Assembly (NCBI GenBank): GCA_044892505.1
Contig: CM097882.1
Coordinates: forward strand, 220,844,001 to 220,908,000
Length of the DNA stretch: 64,000 nt
From: Schmidtea nova
Lineage: Eukaryota
Direction of reading: 5' to 3'
Of this stretch, positions 27,216-39,227 are shown in pieces. Under the pieces are notes generated by a model. The model was not told where the DNA came from. It saw only the letters and a program-made list of their open reading frames with translations, and made no database searches. Both the position numbers and the translations under genes were made by a program. How positions within the stretch are numbered: position 1 is the stretch's first letter; each line of letters starts with the position of its first letter.

Positions 27216-28617
27216 TGTTGGGAGAATTATTGATACCGCGTATAATCACAAAATTTAGTTTAAAATAAGATTTAATTTATTTATCTTCGCCGCGATATAC
27301 CACGGTCGGAATTACGTTTTTATAATTACATGGCCTTACGCTAGCTAAAGCGTTCAAGAAAAATAAAAGTTAAAAATCTCCGCGCTATGTACAGCGATCG
27401 GTCTATAAATCAGGGAATTCCGCGCCATGTATGGCGATCGGTCTAAGATTATTTTTAGCAGTTGTATAAATTATTTAACAGGAATGTAGTGACGTATTTT
27501 TGTCTGTAATCTCTAAGTAAATCTTATCGAGTCGCACTTTGACCCGTAATGAAATTCGAAATTTGATCGAGTGGAATACCATTTTCTCTCATTCGTATCA
27601 TCTCGCATATGCTCCAGAACCTCAAATTTTTACCCTAAATTCTTAATACTTGGGAGGCTAATACCTGACTTTCATTTTGTGCTGCATACCTTCTGGTAGC
27701 TCTTTCCGCCTTTCCTACTGCGCTCCACACTATGCCCTCTGTGCAACCGACTGTGCGATATTTTAATTTTAGTTCGAAATTCGTCGAAAATTTTTACAAT
27801 TCATTATGAAAATATTTATCAAATAACTAAGTGTGAATCGAAAATCATTAGTAATAAATTAGCATCTATGCCCGTTCTCGAATTATGCTCACAAAATTAA
27901 AGGAATAAAAAGGTTGAACCGCCATGTGAGACCGTGAGGCCCCACAACGACGACTCGGACTCCCTCGTCGCGTGAGCAGCCTAGGAAGTATAATTATATG
28001 CATTAAAATATCAAAAATAAAGTAAATTTGAAATATAAAATTATAATTGAATAAAAATCATGGGTACATTAACATCATAAAAGAAACAAAAATAAAATAT
28101 TACGTTCCGTACTTGAATGTATTATTGAATGTTTCCTTGGATTTGAAGTAAATCTGGTTCTCGAAAAATCGTTCGGTTAAATAGAAAAATAGTTCTTAGA
28201 ATCAAAGTTTAGTCTTGATTGTAAGTTTTGATAGCAGTTTTTTTTAACAGTTGAGTTGTGATTTTTGGATCGGTATTTATACTGATCCGTCTGGTTGGAT
28301 TGACCAATCAGGATCAGACCGTCCATCAAAGTATTTTTATTATTTTATTCTAACCTAAACATTATTTTGTTTCCTTTTCCGGTTTCTCGCACTATTATTT
28401 TATTTAATTCTATCTTTTCTTATTTCAGGCCCCCTATTGCTGTTGTTTACCGGTTTATTTTCAAAATTTCCTTTTACTGAAAATTTATCAAATATTATTT
28501 GTCATTTTATTCTTGTTTTTAATTTGTTTTTATTGTTATTTTTATTTTTATCATTTCCTTATTGTTTCATGTTTTCGTTCTTTTATTGTGTTTTTAGGTG
28601 ATTTGGCGGGCCCAACA
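27216..28617 (-). repeat. Candidate 3' LTR of the giant element (unconfirmed)
   Basis: On the - strand it starts TGTTGGG and ends CCCAACA, like the inner element's LTR termini. It is non-coding and follows an AGGGG-containing tract. The partner LTR is not in the window. Confidence 0.3.
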
Positions 28618-28819
28618 TCACCCGGGGACCCCTAAAATTGCGTCCCGCAATTAATTATACATAAATACTTATATTCATCATCCATAAAAAGTTTTATAAA
28701 GTTATACATGCAAAGAAAAATCACATAAGGTGATCGAATTTATACATATCATAAAGTTTGTCATTAAATAGTCAAAATATAATGATTTGTCACAATAGTT
28801 CGATAAGTTATCATAATGT

Positions 28820-29389
28820 TTATACAATTTGTTCGATCGTCTGGCTCGCTTGGGGTTGAGTTCGGGTCCTCTCGTTGATTATTTGTAGCTCGTAGTGGGT
28901 TTGGATGTGGTTGAGATGGCTCCTTATTCGTCTTTGAGCTCGGTTATCTCGTCTGGAGGTTTGGTTGAAGATTTTCTGCTTTTGATTTAGGATTTTTATT
29001 CTATACGAGGCAAGCAAGATTGTGATTGCGATGATAGTTGTGCTGACTGATAGGATTATGATGATTGCTATGATCCATTTCTCTTGATATTCTATTTCAG
29101 CTTGGGATAGGCTTTTTATGGGTTCTCTACCTTCTTTCAGGATTTTTCGGGTTTCTTTTAATTTAAGTTGTTGGTTATCGAAGATTTGTTGGATTTGATG
29201 ATCTTGATTGTGGGGGTATTTCTGTCGGAATTCGTTGATTTCTTTAATTACTTCTTCGATTAGGCTGTCTACTTTTTGGTAGGTTTTGTCGGGTAGAACT
29301 CGTAATTGGGTTTCGGTTAGTTGTAAATCTTCTTTCTGTAGGGTAATGGTTGTTAATCATAGGAGTGTTGCTATTGCGAGCTTTCTCAT
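28820..29389 (-). pseudogene. Type I membrane protein (signal peptide, helical ectodomain, TM, basic tail) with one premature TGA at 29357-29359
   Basis: MRKLAIATLL*LTTITLQ...EKWIIAIIIILSVSTTIIAITILLASYRIK, in frame with the listed 28820-29017 ORF. Confidence 0.6.
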
Positions 29390-29464
29390 CTCTTTTATAC
29401 ATCGGTCAAAACAGCTTGACACTTTTTATTTTACATAATTTATTTACACTTGGTTTCCGCACAT

Positions 29465-30511
29465 TTATACAAGGGTTTCGTTGGGTTCGTGAAAACCTTC
29501 GTCTTGAGGTTCCACCTGGTTTATGGGGAGTGGCATCCATATTATCGTGCTTCTCCACATTTCGACTTCTTCTCGGTATGTGTGGGATATTTGGATCTCT
29601 TCGTCTAACAAGTATTCCAGATAGTTTGCTTGTTCTGTTAGGGTTTCTATTTGTTTTTCTAATTCCGTTAATTTTTTCTCTCTCTCTTCCTTCTCCATCA
29701 TTTCTGCTACTGCTGCTGTGATACTTGTTTCTTTTGTTGGTATTGGTTTTTCTGCCAGCTTCTTTCTCAGTTCTTCGTTTTCTTTTGTCAAATTTGTTAT
29801 GTTCTCTTCATAACTCTGCCTCGTTTCTTCCAGTCTTTCTTTAGTTCTTTTTAATTCTATTTTCTTCTGGGTAATCACTCCTTGATATCCATTTATGTCT
29901 CTTTTCATGTTTTCTTCCTTGTGATTCCACATACCTTTTTATTGTTCTTGATTGGCTAAGTCTTCTCCCATTCTTTGTCCTCGATAAGTTAATTCTTTAA
30001 TTTTCTTGGCTTGTTCCCTGATGAATTGTTGTCTTTTCTTACTCCATACTTTATTTGACGCTTCTTGACTGATCTTTTGCCCTAATTCCTCTTTTAATTC
30101 ATCGATCTCTTTAAACAGTTTCCAATCATCGCTGTACGCTGTTCGTTCTATTATCTCCCTTGCTTCCTTGTAAGAGTCTTTTGCCTCTTTTTTCCAATAT
30201 CTTGCTTGTTCTGTGATTGACTGAATCTTATGGTCTGTTTTTATCTGTTGTCTATCCCTATCCTCTCGTCGCTCTTTCATCATTTCTTTGTAGTATTCAT
30301 TTTGTTGCCTCAGCAATTTGTAGACTTCTATTTTCTCTCGACTTCTTTGATTCGTTTTCTCGGCTTCTCTTAATACTTCGGTTTGTCTTTCCAATTCCTC
30401 CTGTTTTCGATAATAGGCATGGATCCATAATCCAATCCGTTCCATATGATTGCTGATAACTTCGTCTTGATGTACGGTTACTTCTTGTAAGGTTACTTCT
30501 ATATTTCCCAT
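29465..30511 (-). pseudogene. ~348-aa E/K/R/Q-rich coiled-coil protein split by one in-frame TAA (29939-29941)
   Basis: ORFs 29939-30511 and 29465-29932 share a frame and are 6 nt apart. Heptad-like composition. Confidence 0.6.
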
Positions 30512-30624
30512 TTCTATAATTACAGATAAAAAGAATATTTAATCAGTTTTTATTTTTATTGTTTTTGATTATTTGTTATTTCATATTGTTTCTATACATT
30601 TTATTTACATGGTCACTTCCTTCA

Positions 30625-32001
30625 TTACGCCAACCATCCTTTTCTATCCGTTTTCTCATGTCTCTCCATTTCTATGTATAACGTGTCCTCGTATAGTCGC
30701 TCCCATAGGTTTTCTTTCCTTATAAACATTGGTTCTCCTGCTGCTAGTCCGCATTCTGTTGTTGGTTTTTCGCTCGTACTCGTATGTTTGTCGGTTTCAA
30801 AGAATTTTTCTACCGGTTTTCCCATACTTCTGATTCTTATAATGACTCCTACTTTCAAGGGCCATTCTATTAGGTCATCGTATTCTCCTTTACATAGCGA
30901 GAAAAATATTGACACGTGTGTTCCTTGTCCTCTTCCGTCTCCATTTGGGTATACCTTCAATCTTATCTTAACCCCATTTTTCCATAAATAAAATGGTGGG
31001 CTTATTACTGCTGTTTTAGTCATATTTCGAGCTTCTGTTAGTTTGTCTCGGAAATCTGTTATTTTCCATAAGTAAGGTGCAATTGGTAAGTCCCTTCTTT
31101 CGTCAATTTCTCGTATTAATTGATTATATTGTATTTCCATTCCTTTTCCCAATTCTTCTATGACTATTATTTTTTCTTCCATTCTTTCGCGAGTTAGTTC
31201 AAACTGCTCTCTCGTTTCTAGTAGTAAACTCATCATTATTTTATGTGATTCTACTTCCTTTTCCAATTTCTGGATTGTCTGTTCCGTTTCTTTTGCCGCT
31301 TCGTTTGTCATCTCCACATGCATTAATGCTGCTTCTTCTAGATGCTGTTTCATGGTTTGCCGCGTCCGCTTCTCCTCGCATCCCTGTTTGTTATATGGGC
31401 ATTCTCTTGGTCTTTCGGTACATACTTTCCAATGTTCATGTAACTTTATTTCTTCTGTTATTTCACAATTGTTTAGACATTTGCTTACATATTTTCCGCA
31501 TACTTTCTCCTCTGTTATATTCAAGTGTTCTTCTTCGATTTTTCTCCTCGTTTCTCGAGTTTCCCAATACTCGCATGCGATTTCTTCTTCTTTACATTTG
31601 TCCTTGTGTTGTTCTCTCTTCTTTAGAATTATTGTCTGTTGGCACTTCTCGCATTCGGCTCTTTTCTCCTCGCACTTTTCCATATGATTTTCTATATTAC
31701 TTATTTGCCCTTGCCATGTACAAGGTGTATTTATACACTCCGTTATGGTGCTCATAATTTCTCTCTGGGTTGCTTTGTCCGTTCTGGTTTCGTCCAACAC
31801 TATTCTTCCTTCTTTACATTCTGGGCATGTTGTTATTCCTGTTGCATCTAATTCTTGCATACATTTTGTACATATTCTACATCCACATATCGTTTGTCTG
31901 GGTTCTCGTAATAAATTGTTACATTTCCCGCATGTGAGCCTCTTGCTCCATTTTCTGTTTTCTAGTCTCAAAATTTCGATTACTCGTTCTTCTCTTTCCA
32001 T
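30625..32001 (-). CDS. Intronless full-length TRAF-family protein (RING, TRAF zinc fingers, coiled coil, MATH/TRAF-C), most like TRAF2/3/5
   Basis: CGKCNNLLREPRQTICGCRICTKC..CPEC RING; repeated C..C/H..C fingers; YLWKITDF..SPPFY..LKVYPNGDGRGQGTHVSIFFSLCKGEYDDLIEWP MATH motif. Confidence 0.93.
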   Translation of the reverse strand: MEREERVIEILRLENRKWSKRLTCGKCNNLLREPRQTICGCRICTKCMQELDATGITTCPECKEGRIVLDETRTDKATQREIMSTITECINTPCTWQGQISNIENHMEKCEEKRAECEKCQQTIILKKREQHKDKCKEEEIACEYWETRETRRKIEEEHLNITEEKVCGKYVSKCLNNCEITEEIKLHEHWKVCTERPRECPYNKQGCEEKRTRQTMKQHLEEAALMHVEMTNEAAKETEQTIQKLEKEVESHKIMMSLLLETREQFELTRERMEEKIIVIEELGKGMEIQYNQLIREIDERRDLPIAPYLWKITDFRDKLTEARNMTKTAVISPPFYLWKNGVKIRLKVYPNGDGRGQGTHVSIFFSLCKGEYDDLIEWPLKVGVIIRIRSMGKPVEKFFETDKHTSTSEKPTTECGLAAGEPMFIRKENLWERLYEDTLYIEMERHEKTDRKGWLA

Positions 32002-32093
32002 TTTCTACAATAATATATACACTCGACTTGTCATTTATTTTTGATTTATCTTGTTTTTATTTTTACATATTTACAATTTTCCGCTTTATTTAT

Positions 32094-32450
32094 CTATGGC
32101 TCATTCGTTGAATCTGGTTCCGTTTCGTTGTTTAATCTATTTATTACCCAACTCATCCATCCTTCTTCGGATTCCTCTCCTTCTCCTCGTGTTAAATGGT
32201 TTATTTCTATTGCTTGTCTTTGATTGGTGTTGCTTATCGTTTGATTTTCTCTGGTGAGTTCGGTTATCACTCTTTGTTGTTCTTCTATTCTGTGTAATTG
32301 TTCGAAACAGTTGTTATAACTTTCTGATAGTAACATTTGTTTTTCCGCTAATTGGTTCTGTAATGAGTTGACTGTTCGTACTCATAAATCGCATTGTGCT
32401 TTCCATCTCATAGCCATAGTTATTTCCGTTGTTTCGTCTTGTTCGGTCAT
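32094..32450 (-). pseudogene. 118-aa coiled-coil accessory ORF with one in-frame TGA
   Basis: MTEQDETT...CDL*VRTVNSLQNQLAEKQMLL..., with tttag|aaaATG context. Confidence 0.5.
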
Positions 32451-32575
32451 TTTCTAAATTATATACATCGTTTACTTTGCTTTTCTATCTTTTTACAATT
32501 TTTATAATATCAATACCCATACTAGTACGGTAATGCTTTGTTATTTACACTTTTATTTACAGTCATAATCCGCCC

Positions 32576-35500
32576 CTATACATTCATTACTATCCCTTCG
32601 TCGTATCTTTCTTCGTCTTCTATTTGTTTCCAGAATTCTTTACCTTTCGTTCTTCTTTGAAATTCTTTCTGTATCTCTTCTGGTATTTCTATTCCTTGTT
32701 TCATAATTTTGATATCTGGCCATTGTAAGGCTGTCGCTTTGTTTCTCTTCCTGTATTTCCAGTATACTATCATGCTGGTCGTCAGTATTCCATACGCTAT
32801 TAATATTCCCATACTGATCAATCCTATTACTGCTTTTCCCATGTTTGTTTCTTTGTTTTTATTCTGATTTACTTTTATCTCATTTTGCGTTTGAGCCTCT
32901 GGCCTCTTCTCCTTCTGCACTTGACTCTTGACTTTGTTCATTACTTCTTGTGTAGACCAATGGCGATTTAGTAGTTGTTTGACGTCGTTTTCCGTTGTCT
33001 GGTTTTCTACGCCTCCTGGTTCGATCCGTTGCTGTATTTTCTCTGAGATCTGATATAATCCGCATTCTGGTTCTTCTGAACCTTTTCTGGTAAAGGTACA
33101 TATCGCGTATGTCTTATTTACTTCCATTTTCTTTAATTCGATTTTTTCGTTATTCCTTGTTTCTTTACAGTGGGTTAAGTTGTTTTCTTCTACTTCTAGG
33201 TTATACTTTGTCCAACATATTCCCTTTACTGTCTGATCAAGTCCTGTTAATGTCAGAGTTCTTTCTGTTTTAGTTGTTGGTTCCTTTGTTAACCCTTCTT
33301 CATCGAATTTCAGTATCTCTCCTTTTTGGAATGTCTTGCAATTCTCTATTCCTGGTTGACTTTCTTGGGTTCCTTTCTCCCATATACATATACTTCCTTC
33401 TCCGTTCATTTGTATTTCTTGTATTTCGGTTTCCTGGTTTGTTCGTGATTCGTCGCTTGTCTGAACTTGGTATTCCCTTGGTTCGTTGTACCATCCCCAG
33501 CATATTTTGTTGCTACTCTGGCCTTTTCTCCTTATTGTCATAGCCATCTGTTCTATTGTTATTCCTTTATCAATACGTTTGGACATTGCTATTATTAACG
33601 CTATGCATACGAAGTCCTGTTGGGGTGATACTCCTTCTCTCGTATTATTTGTGCTTCTCTCCCCTTCTCTTGGTTTGTCCGTTATGTTTTTCATCTGAGT
33701 TGCTGGTTGATCTATTGTGTTTTTAATTTCTTTCTTTGTTGGTTTTACTTTATACCATTCAAGTCTAGGCGTTTCATATTTTTGACATACGACTGTCTTA
33801 GGTAGCCCCGACTTCTTTTCCCTTTCTATTATGCATATCCGATGCATGGTTCCTCCATCCATTTCTTCTATTCGTACTATATCCTGGTCGGATTTTCTGA
33901 TTATGCATTTTAGTGGGTTATTTTCTCCAATTGGTTCATCTTCTCTATACCAACATATTTTCTCGGCTTCCTGGACATTTATTACTTTTATCCCTGTCTG
34001 TGGGTTTATTGCTTCTTCCCTATTGATCAATGTCAATATTATTGTTAGACCCAACCATTTTGAACTCTGCGGTAGGCTTCTGGTTCGTTTTTCATATTTC
34101 GTCTCTTTGCCTTTAATCTCTTTTATTTCTTTGTCTTCGTTGTTCATTCCTAGTTTTCCGATTTTTGCTTCTTTCTCATTCCTGGTCGATTTTGGTTCTT
34201 CTCGTGCTTTTTCTTCTAGTATTTCAACTCCATGGCTTGTATTATCTATATTTAGCCATTGGGTTGCCGATTTTCTTGGGTTTATCTTGCGTATCCATAT
34301 AGCTGATAATGCGATTATTACTGGTATGGTCGCTGTTAATATTCCTAAGCCAATTAATTCTTTAATTTGTTTATTCTCGTCTGTTTGTATAGATTCGCTT
34401 TGGTTGAACATTATTCCATATTGTCCTTTTAGTTTTCTCCTTAGTTGTTCTCGTTCCTCCTGCTTTCTTTTGACTTCTTTGATAACTTCTTCAGGTGTCC
34501 ATTTTGCTTGAGGGTCGGTTATTATTTTTTCTGCGTCCATTTGTTCATTAGTTTGGCTTAGTTCCTTGAATTCGATTTTCCTTGCTACTCCTTTTGATGT
34601 CGCGTTTGCTGGTGTATAGTAGGTTTCGCATCTTTCTTGTTGGTTTCCTAGTGCGTCCATTTTTTCTATTGCGCATACTTCGTACTCGCTATTAAATTGT
34701 AGTTTTTCGATCTTGATTTCTTTATTTGTTTTTCTGCACTCTCTTGATTGTCTTCTTATATGTTTCTGGACTATTATCCAACATATTTCTAATGTTTTAT
34801 TCTCTATTTTCCATAGTGTCAGGGTTGCTGAGGTCTTTTTCTCGGGTTTTGTCGTAACTTCTTGGCTTATCAGTTGTTTATTGTTTTTAAAGGTAGTGGT
34901 GTACTTCGGTTTTCCTTTGTTTCGTTGTCTTCTTTTATTTTTCCGTATTAACGTTTTGGTTCTTGTTCCGGATGAAGTTGTATATATTCCGCATTCTAGG
35001 TCGTTTATCGTTATTTGATCACCTTTCTTTATCAGACATATTTCGTAGGTTTGCTTACTTTCTAAACCTTTTATTTGTATCGTCGTTGCTCCTGTGCTTG
35101 TTCGGCATTGTGGTGTCATTCTTTTATTTGTTTCCTTTTCGTACCTCCTCCAGCATACTCCTTTCACATTTGGTTCTATCTCTTTTATTTCTAATGTTAT
35201 GTTTACTTTCTGCTTGATTTGTTTATTTCTCTTCCTCGTTCTCCTTCTGAACTTTATTACTTCTCCAGGTTGGAATGTTTTACATTTTGTGGTACCTTTC
35301 TTGTTTCTCTCTTTTTCTAGTAGGCATAGTTTGTACATCTTGTCTGCTCTTACTTCGGATACTTTAATTACTTTATTTGTTGTTGGTTTTCAACTTTTCC
35401 TTATTTCGTTTACGCCGATTTCTTCGTCATTCCTCGCCCAACATTTTATGTTAGTATTCTGTATATCTTCCACTTCTGTTATTGTCATAGTTTCAATTTC

Positions 35501-36796
35501 CATCCCTTCCTCTAGTCGTTTTATTATTATTAGTATGAGTGCTAAGCATAATACTTCCATTTGGTAAGACACTCTTTCGGTTTCGTTTGTGGTAACTCTT
35601 GCTTCGGGCCTCTCTATTGTAATTCGTATAGTTGGTGTTGTTTGCTTATCTATTGCCTGGGGTTTTTTGTTTTCTGTTCCCTGTGTCTCTGTTCTTCCAC
35701 ATTTTCCGACGATGTAATCTCCTTTGGGTGACTGTTGTACTGTCATGGTTGCTTTAGGTGTTTGGTAGTTTGCACATGCGATTGTGTTGTGTGATCTTGG
35801 ATGCTTTTGTTTTCTAACGGTGCATATTTTGTACCAGGTATTTAGATCTAAGTCATCGATCTCTATGATCTCTTGCTCGTGTTTTGAGATTCTGCAATCC
35901 ATCGGACTATTTTGTTCCGTGATTTTGTCCTTTTTTGACCAACATACTCGTTCGATTCCTTTTGCGTTTTTTATTTGTATTATTGCCCTTTCTTCACATG
36001 TCATTCTTTGACTTGGGTTAATTAACGTTAAAATCACTGTTAATAATAGTAACTCTGGTTTGAAGAATGGTTTTATGGTTGATTTGTAACCTGTTCGTTG
36101 GGTGTCATTTTTATCTCCTTTGTCTCTTTGTTCTCCCTCTTCATTTCTTTGTTTTTCGTCTTCATTTTTCTTTTCTTCTTTGTCTCGTTTCTTGTCTTTT
36201 CTCTCGTTTTCCTCTTTATCGGGTGGTTCGTGATCGTTCGAATTTTCTGAGTTGTTATCGTCGTCACTATCTGTATTGTCATCTCCCCCTGGCTCGTCGA
36301 AAATGTCGTCCTCGACATTGATTTCTTCTATTAGTTTCGCATACGCTAATGTCGTTAGATTGCTTGCCTCAAACTCTTGTGTTTCTACATGTTCTGGTAT
36401 TACTTTGTTAGTGGATTTATATTCCAAGATTTCCTTTTTGGCCTTGATCCAATTGTTGATGTATGTCTTCATCAATTCTTTCCATTTGCCTATGTATTTT
36501 TCTTCTTTCGGGCTGGTTGTGATTCTTAGATCTTTTCTTTCCATAAACATTTTCAATATCTCTGGCCATTTATACGTTATTAAGGCACTTCTTATACACC
36601 AGTTTTGGTTATGTTCTGTAAACTCATTGATCCTGAATGCTGGTTCGTTAGTATTCGGATTTATCCACGTAAGAATTGCTTCTGTTAGTTCGACATTATG
36701 CATCATTGTTAGTACACTGGGTTTCTTGACCGTATCAGTTAGGTAATCTATTTCTTCCTGATTGGAGATTGTAATATGAAGTTGACCATTTCCCAA
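32576..36796 (-). pseudogene. C-terminal polyprotein segment: acidic linker, then two duplicated modules of signal-like segments + Cys-containing FN3-like repeats + TM
   Basis: ORFs 35390-36796 and 32576-35338 share a frame (TGA at a conserved Cys position). Repeats follow ICW..C..I.I..L....Y.IC..C..Y.TP. TM segments IGLGILTATIPVIIALSAIW and IGLISMGILIAYGILTTSMIVYW. Confidence 0.7.
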
Positions 36797-37956
36797 TTAT
36801 GTGTTAGTAATGCTACATCCAAAATTGAATTATCTTTATCTGTCTTTCCTGTAAGTCCTGCACCTGCTTTGTATAGTTCTTCCAACACCTTTGTTTTTGT
36901 TTTAGCCCTTGCTGCAAATACCATAAGTGTATCTCCTTTCTCGTCTACCATATTCATGTTGCTTCCGCAGTTTAGCATTACTCTTGCAATTTCCATTACT
37001 TTTCTATCTTTGCCATTTCGTAGAGCTCTATGTATGGGCATTATTCCGTCCTTTGGTAGTAAAAATGTTACTGGCATCTCTTTTTTTATAGTCGTTATAT
37101 CGTTACCATTGTATGTTCCTTTTGCGTATGCGTGTACTTTTTCAACTAATGCGCCGAGTATTTCCAGTGCATGTTTACTATTCTCGAATTCCAAAAACAA
37201 TTCTTTTGCTTTTTCTTGTATCGCATCTAGTCTAGCTTGGTATGGTGCTTCTGCTTTGAAGAGTGGTGTGAGTTTCTTGTTACTTTCTCTTTCCTTTTTC
37301 TCCAAAACCTGTTTGCATTTTTCGGGATGGTTTAAGATTTTTACTAATTCCTCATACTCACTTACTATCGTCTGGTATTTCTCGTTAAAATTGTTTATGT
37401 CTTTGTATGTTATTAGTTTATCAAGTGGTTTCGCACACCATTTCCTAATCTTGTTGAATAAGGCCTCCTTCTCTTTATCGAATTTGTATTCTTCTTCATT
37501 CTTTGTGATGTTTATGTTTCCTCTGTCTAATAAGGTTAGTAATGTCTTTTGATCGCAAGTAAATTTCAAAAGATATCTTAACAGCGCGTTTTGTGCTTCG
37601 CTGTATACTTCGTTAATGTCTAAGACCCATGTATCATCTTCTGGTCGTTTCCATTTGATTAACTTACGGATCGTGTTGCATTTACCAATTTTTATTGCTT
37701 CTTTGATAATGTCTCCTTTTATTAATTCGTCTATTTCCCACGTGGAGCTAGCTATTATGTATTTCAGCATTGGTTGGTGAGAACTCCATATTACGTGATT
37801 GAGCACTGTTTTGTCTTCTCTATCTCGTTCTGTCCAACTGAAACGGGCTTTTATCAATAAATCTACCATTTCTTTATCTGCTTGGTGGATTGCGGCTGTC
37901 ATTAATGGAGTTTCTTGTTCACGATTCCCCACGTCCAAGTTTTGGTTTGTTTCTTT
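36748..37956 (-). pseudogene. Ankyrin-repeat segment, 3' part (after the nested insertion)
   Basis: ETPLMTAA, KTVLNHVI, GIMPIHRAL, GDTLMVFAA and NSILDVAL ankyrin cores. Probable 1-nt frameshift near 36770 into the next segment. Confidence 0.85.
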
Positions 37957-39009
37957 TGTTGAGGTTGTTAAATTAAAATTATCGTAAATTAAATTAGAAT
38001 TATTTTGAATCAAAAGAAAATTGAAGTGAAACGAAAGAGAATCGAAATCGAAGCTGGAAAACGGAATAGGTGTAGATCAGGGATTGGCGAAGAAGATAGT
38101 GAGCAAGAAATTGTCAGAAAAGGTCTTGAAAGGGTTGAAAATAGGTAAAAAAGGTTAAAACAGAAATCATTAATTAATTAATTAATTGGCTAATGGAAAA
38201 CCCGGGCTAATGGGAAGTCCGAGCCAATGGAGAACCCGAGAGATGAAGAAACCTCGAGCACGGGTATTAGGGAAAATAAACAAACTGAACGTTGGAGAAC
38301 GATTATCAAAACAAACAAAACGACTTTTGGAGAGACATTATTTGAACAACCGAGCGCGGCAATCGAGAAAAATAAACAGTTTAACTTTTAGAGAACCATT
38401 ATGGAATCAACAGGATAAGTGAGGGTAAATAAAAAAAAAGATCGGAAATAACATGAAGGAACGGTAGAAGTGATTAATTACAGTTATTTTATCATAATAT
38501 CAAAGGAAACCGCTGGTAATCAAAATGATTATTGGAGTATATAAGGAGACTCCAAATTCAGAAAAGGCGGCGTTAGCCTTAGGTAGGGAAGAAGAAATCG
38601 ACAATAGGTTTTGGAGATTGTGAGAAGAAGTGAAATTGGGAGAAGTGGAAAATTAAGGAATCAAAGAAGTCAGATCAAGAAAATTAAAGGATATCAAAAG
38701 TGAATCAAAGAGTTGAGTGAATTAAATTCAAAATAGTCAAACACATCGAATCAAAGGCAAGGAGTCGAATAAAGGAATTAAAAGGTGATATTTACTTTCA
38801 GATCGCACAGGGTCGAGACTTCCGAGGCGAGGCTTGATCGAGTAGATAAAAAGTTTGATTATTAATTTATTGTTGTGAAATCGGTTGTGATTGAGAAGTG
38901 TAAAGTGTGATAACAAATATACGTTGGGAAATCGGAGTTTATTGATTTGTCTGAACACGAGGAGTCAGAGTAACCAACGATCAATCTTTTGTTATTAGAA
39001 AACCCAACA
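37957..39009 (+). repeat. 5' LTR (1053 bp, TGTTG...CAACA)
   Basis: Differs from 50764-51835 by 3 substitutions I could see, two 1-nt A-run indels and a 17-bp duplication. Confidence 0.97.
38538..38544 (+). promoter_or_regulatory. Candidate LTR TATA box (TATATAA), with an Inr-like TTCAG ~20 nt downstream
   Basis: Motif and mid-LTR position only. Confidence 0.45.
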
Positions 39010-39017
39010 TATATTAT

Positions 39018-39035
39018 TGGTGAGCCCGACGTGAT
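39018..39035 (+). promoter_or_regulatory. Primer-binding site complementary to the tRNA-Trp 3' end
   Basis: TGGTGAGCCCGACGTGAT; reverse complement ATCACGTCGGGCTCACCA vs eukaryotic tRNA-Trp ...ATCACGTCGGGGTCACCA. Confidence 0.85.
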
Positions 39036-39227
39036 CTAACGTTGGTGAAAGATTATTGAAAATAGATATTTGCGACTCGATATAAAGTGATAGAGAAGTA
39101 TTGAAAATTTGAAGTTGAGTTTGAAAGTTTGAAAGTTGGCTGAGGACAAGTAAATTTAATTTGTTTTTATTTTGAATTTTAGATCAAAGTGAGTCGATAT
39201 AACCTCAGAAGTTTGAAACAAACACAA

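Noticed and set aside
28600-28625. TGGCGGGCCCAAC as a + strand PBS
   Set aside because: No convincing tRNA 3' match and no + strand gag downstream. It reads better as a - strand LTR start.
36748-38013. Listed N-terminus MIQNNSNLIYDNFNLTTST of the ankyrin ORF (also 50569-50820)
   Set aside because: It is the antisense LTR edge. The true upstream part is at 51836-52193.
38186-38958. Short ORFs inside the LTRs (also 51035-51784)
   Set aside because: They recur only because the LTR is duplicated; they are short and have no recognisable domain.
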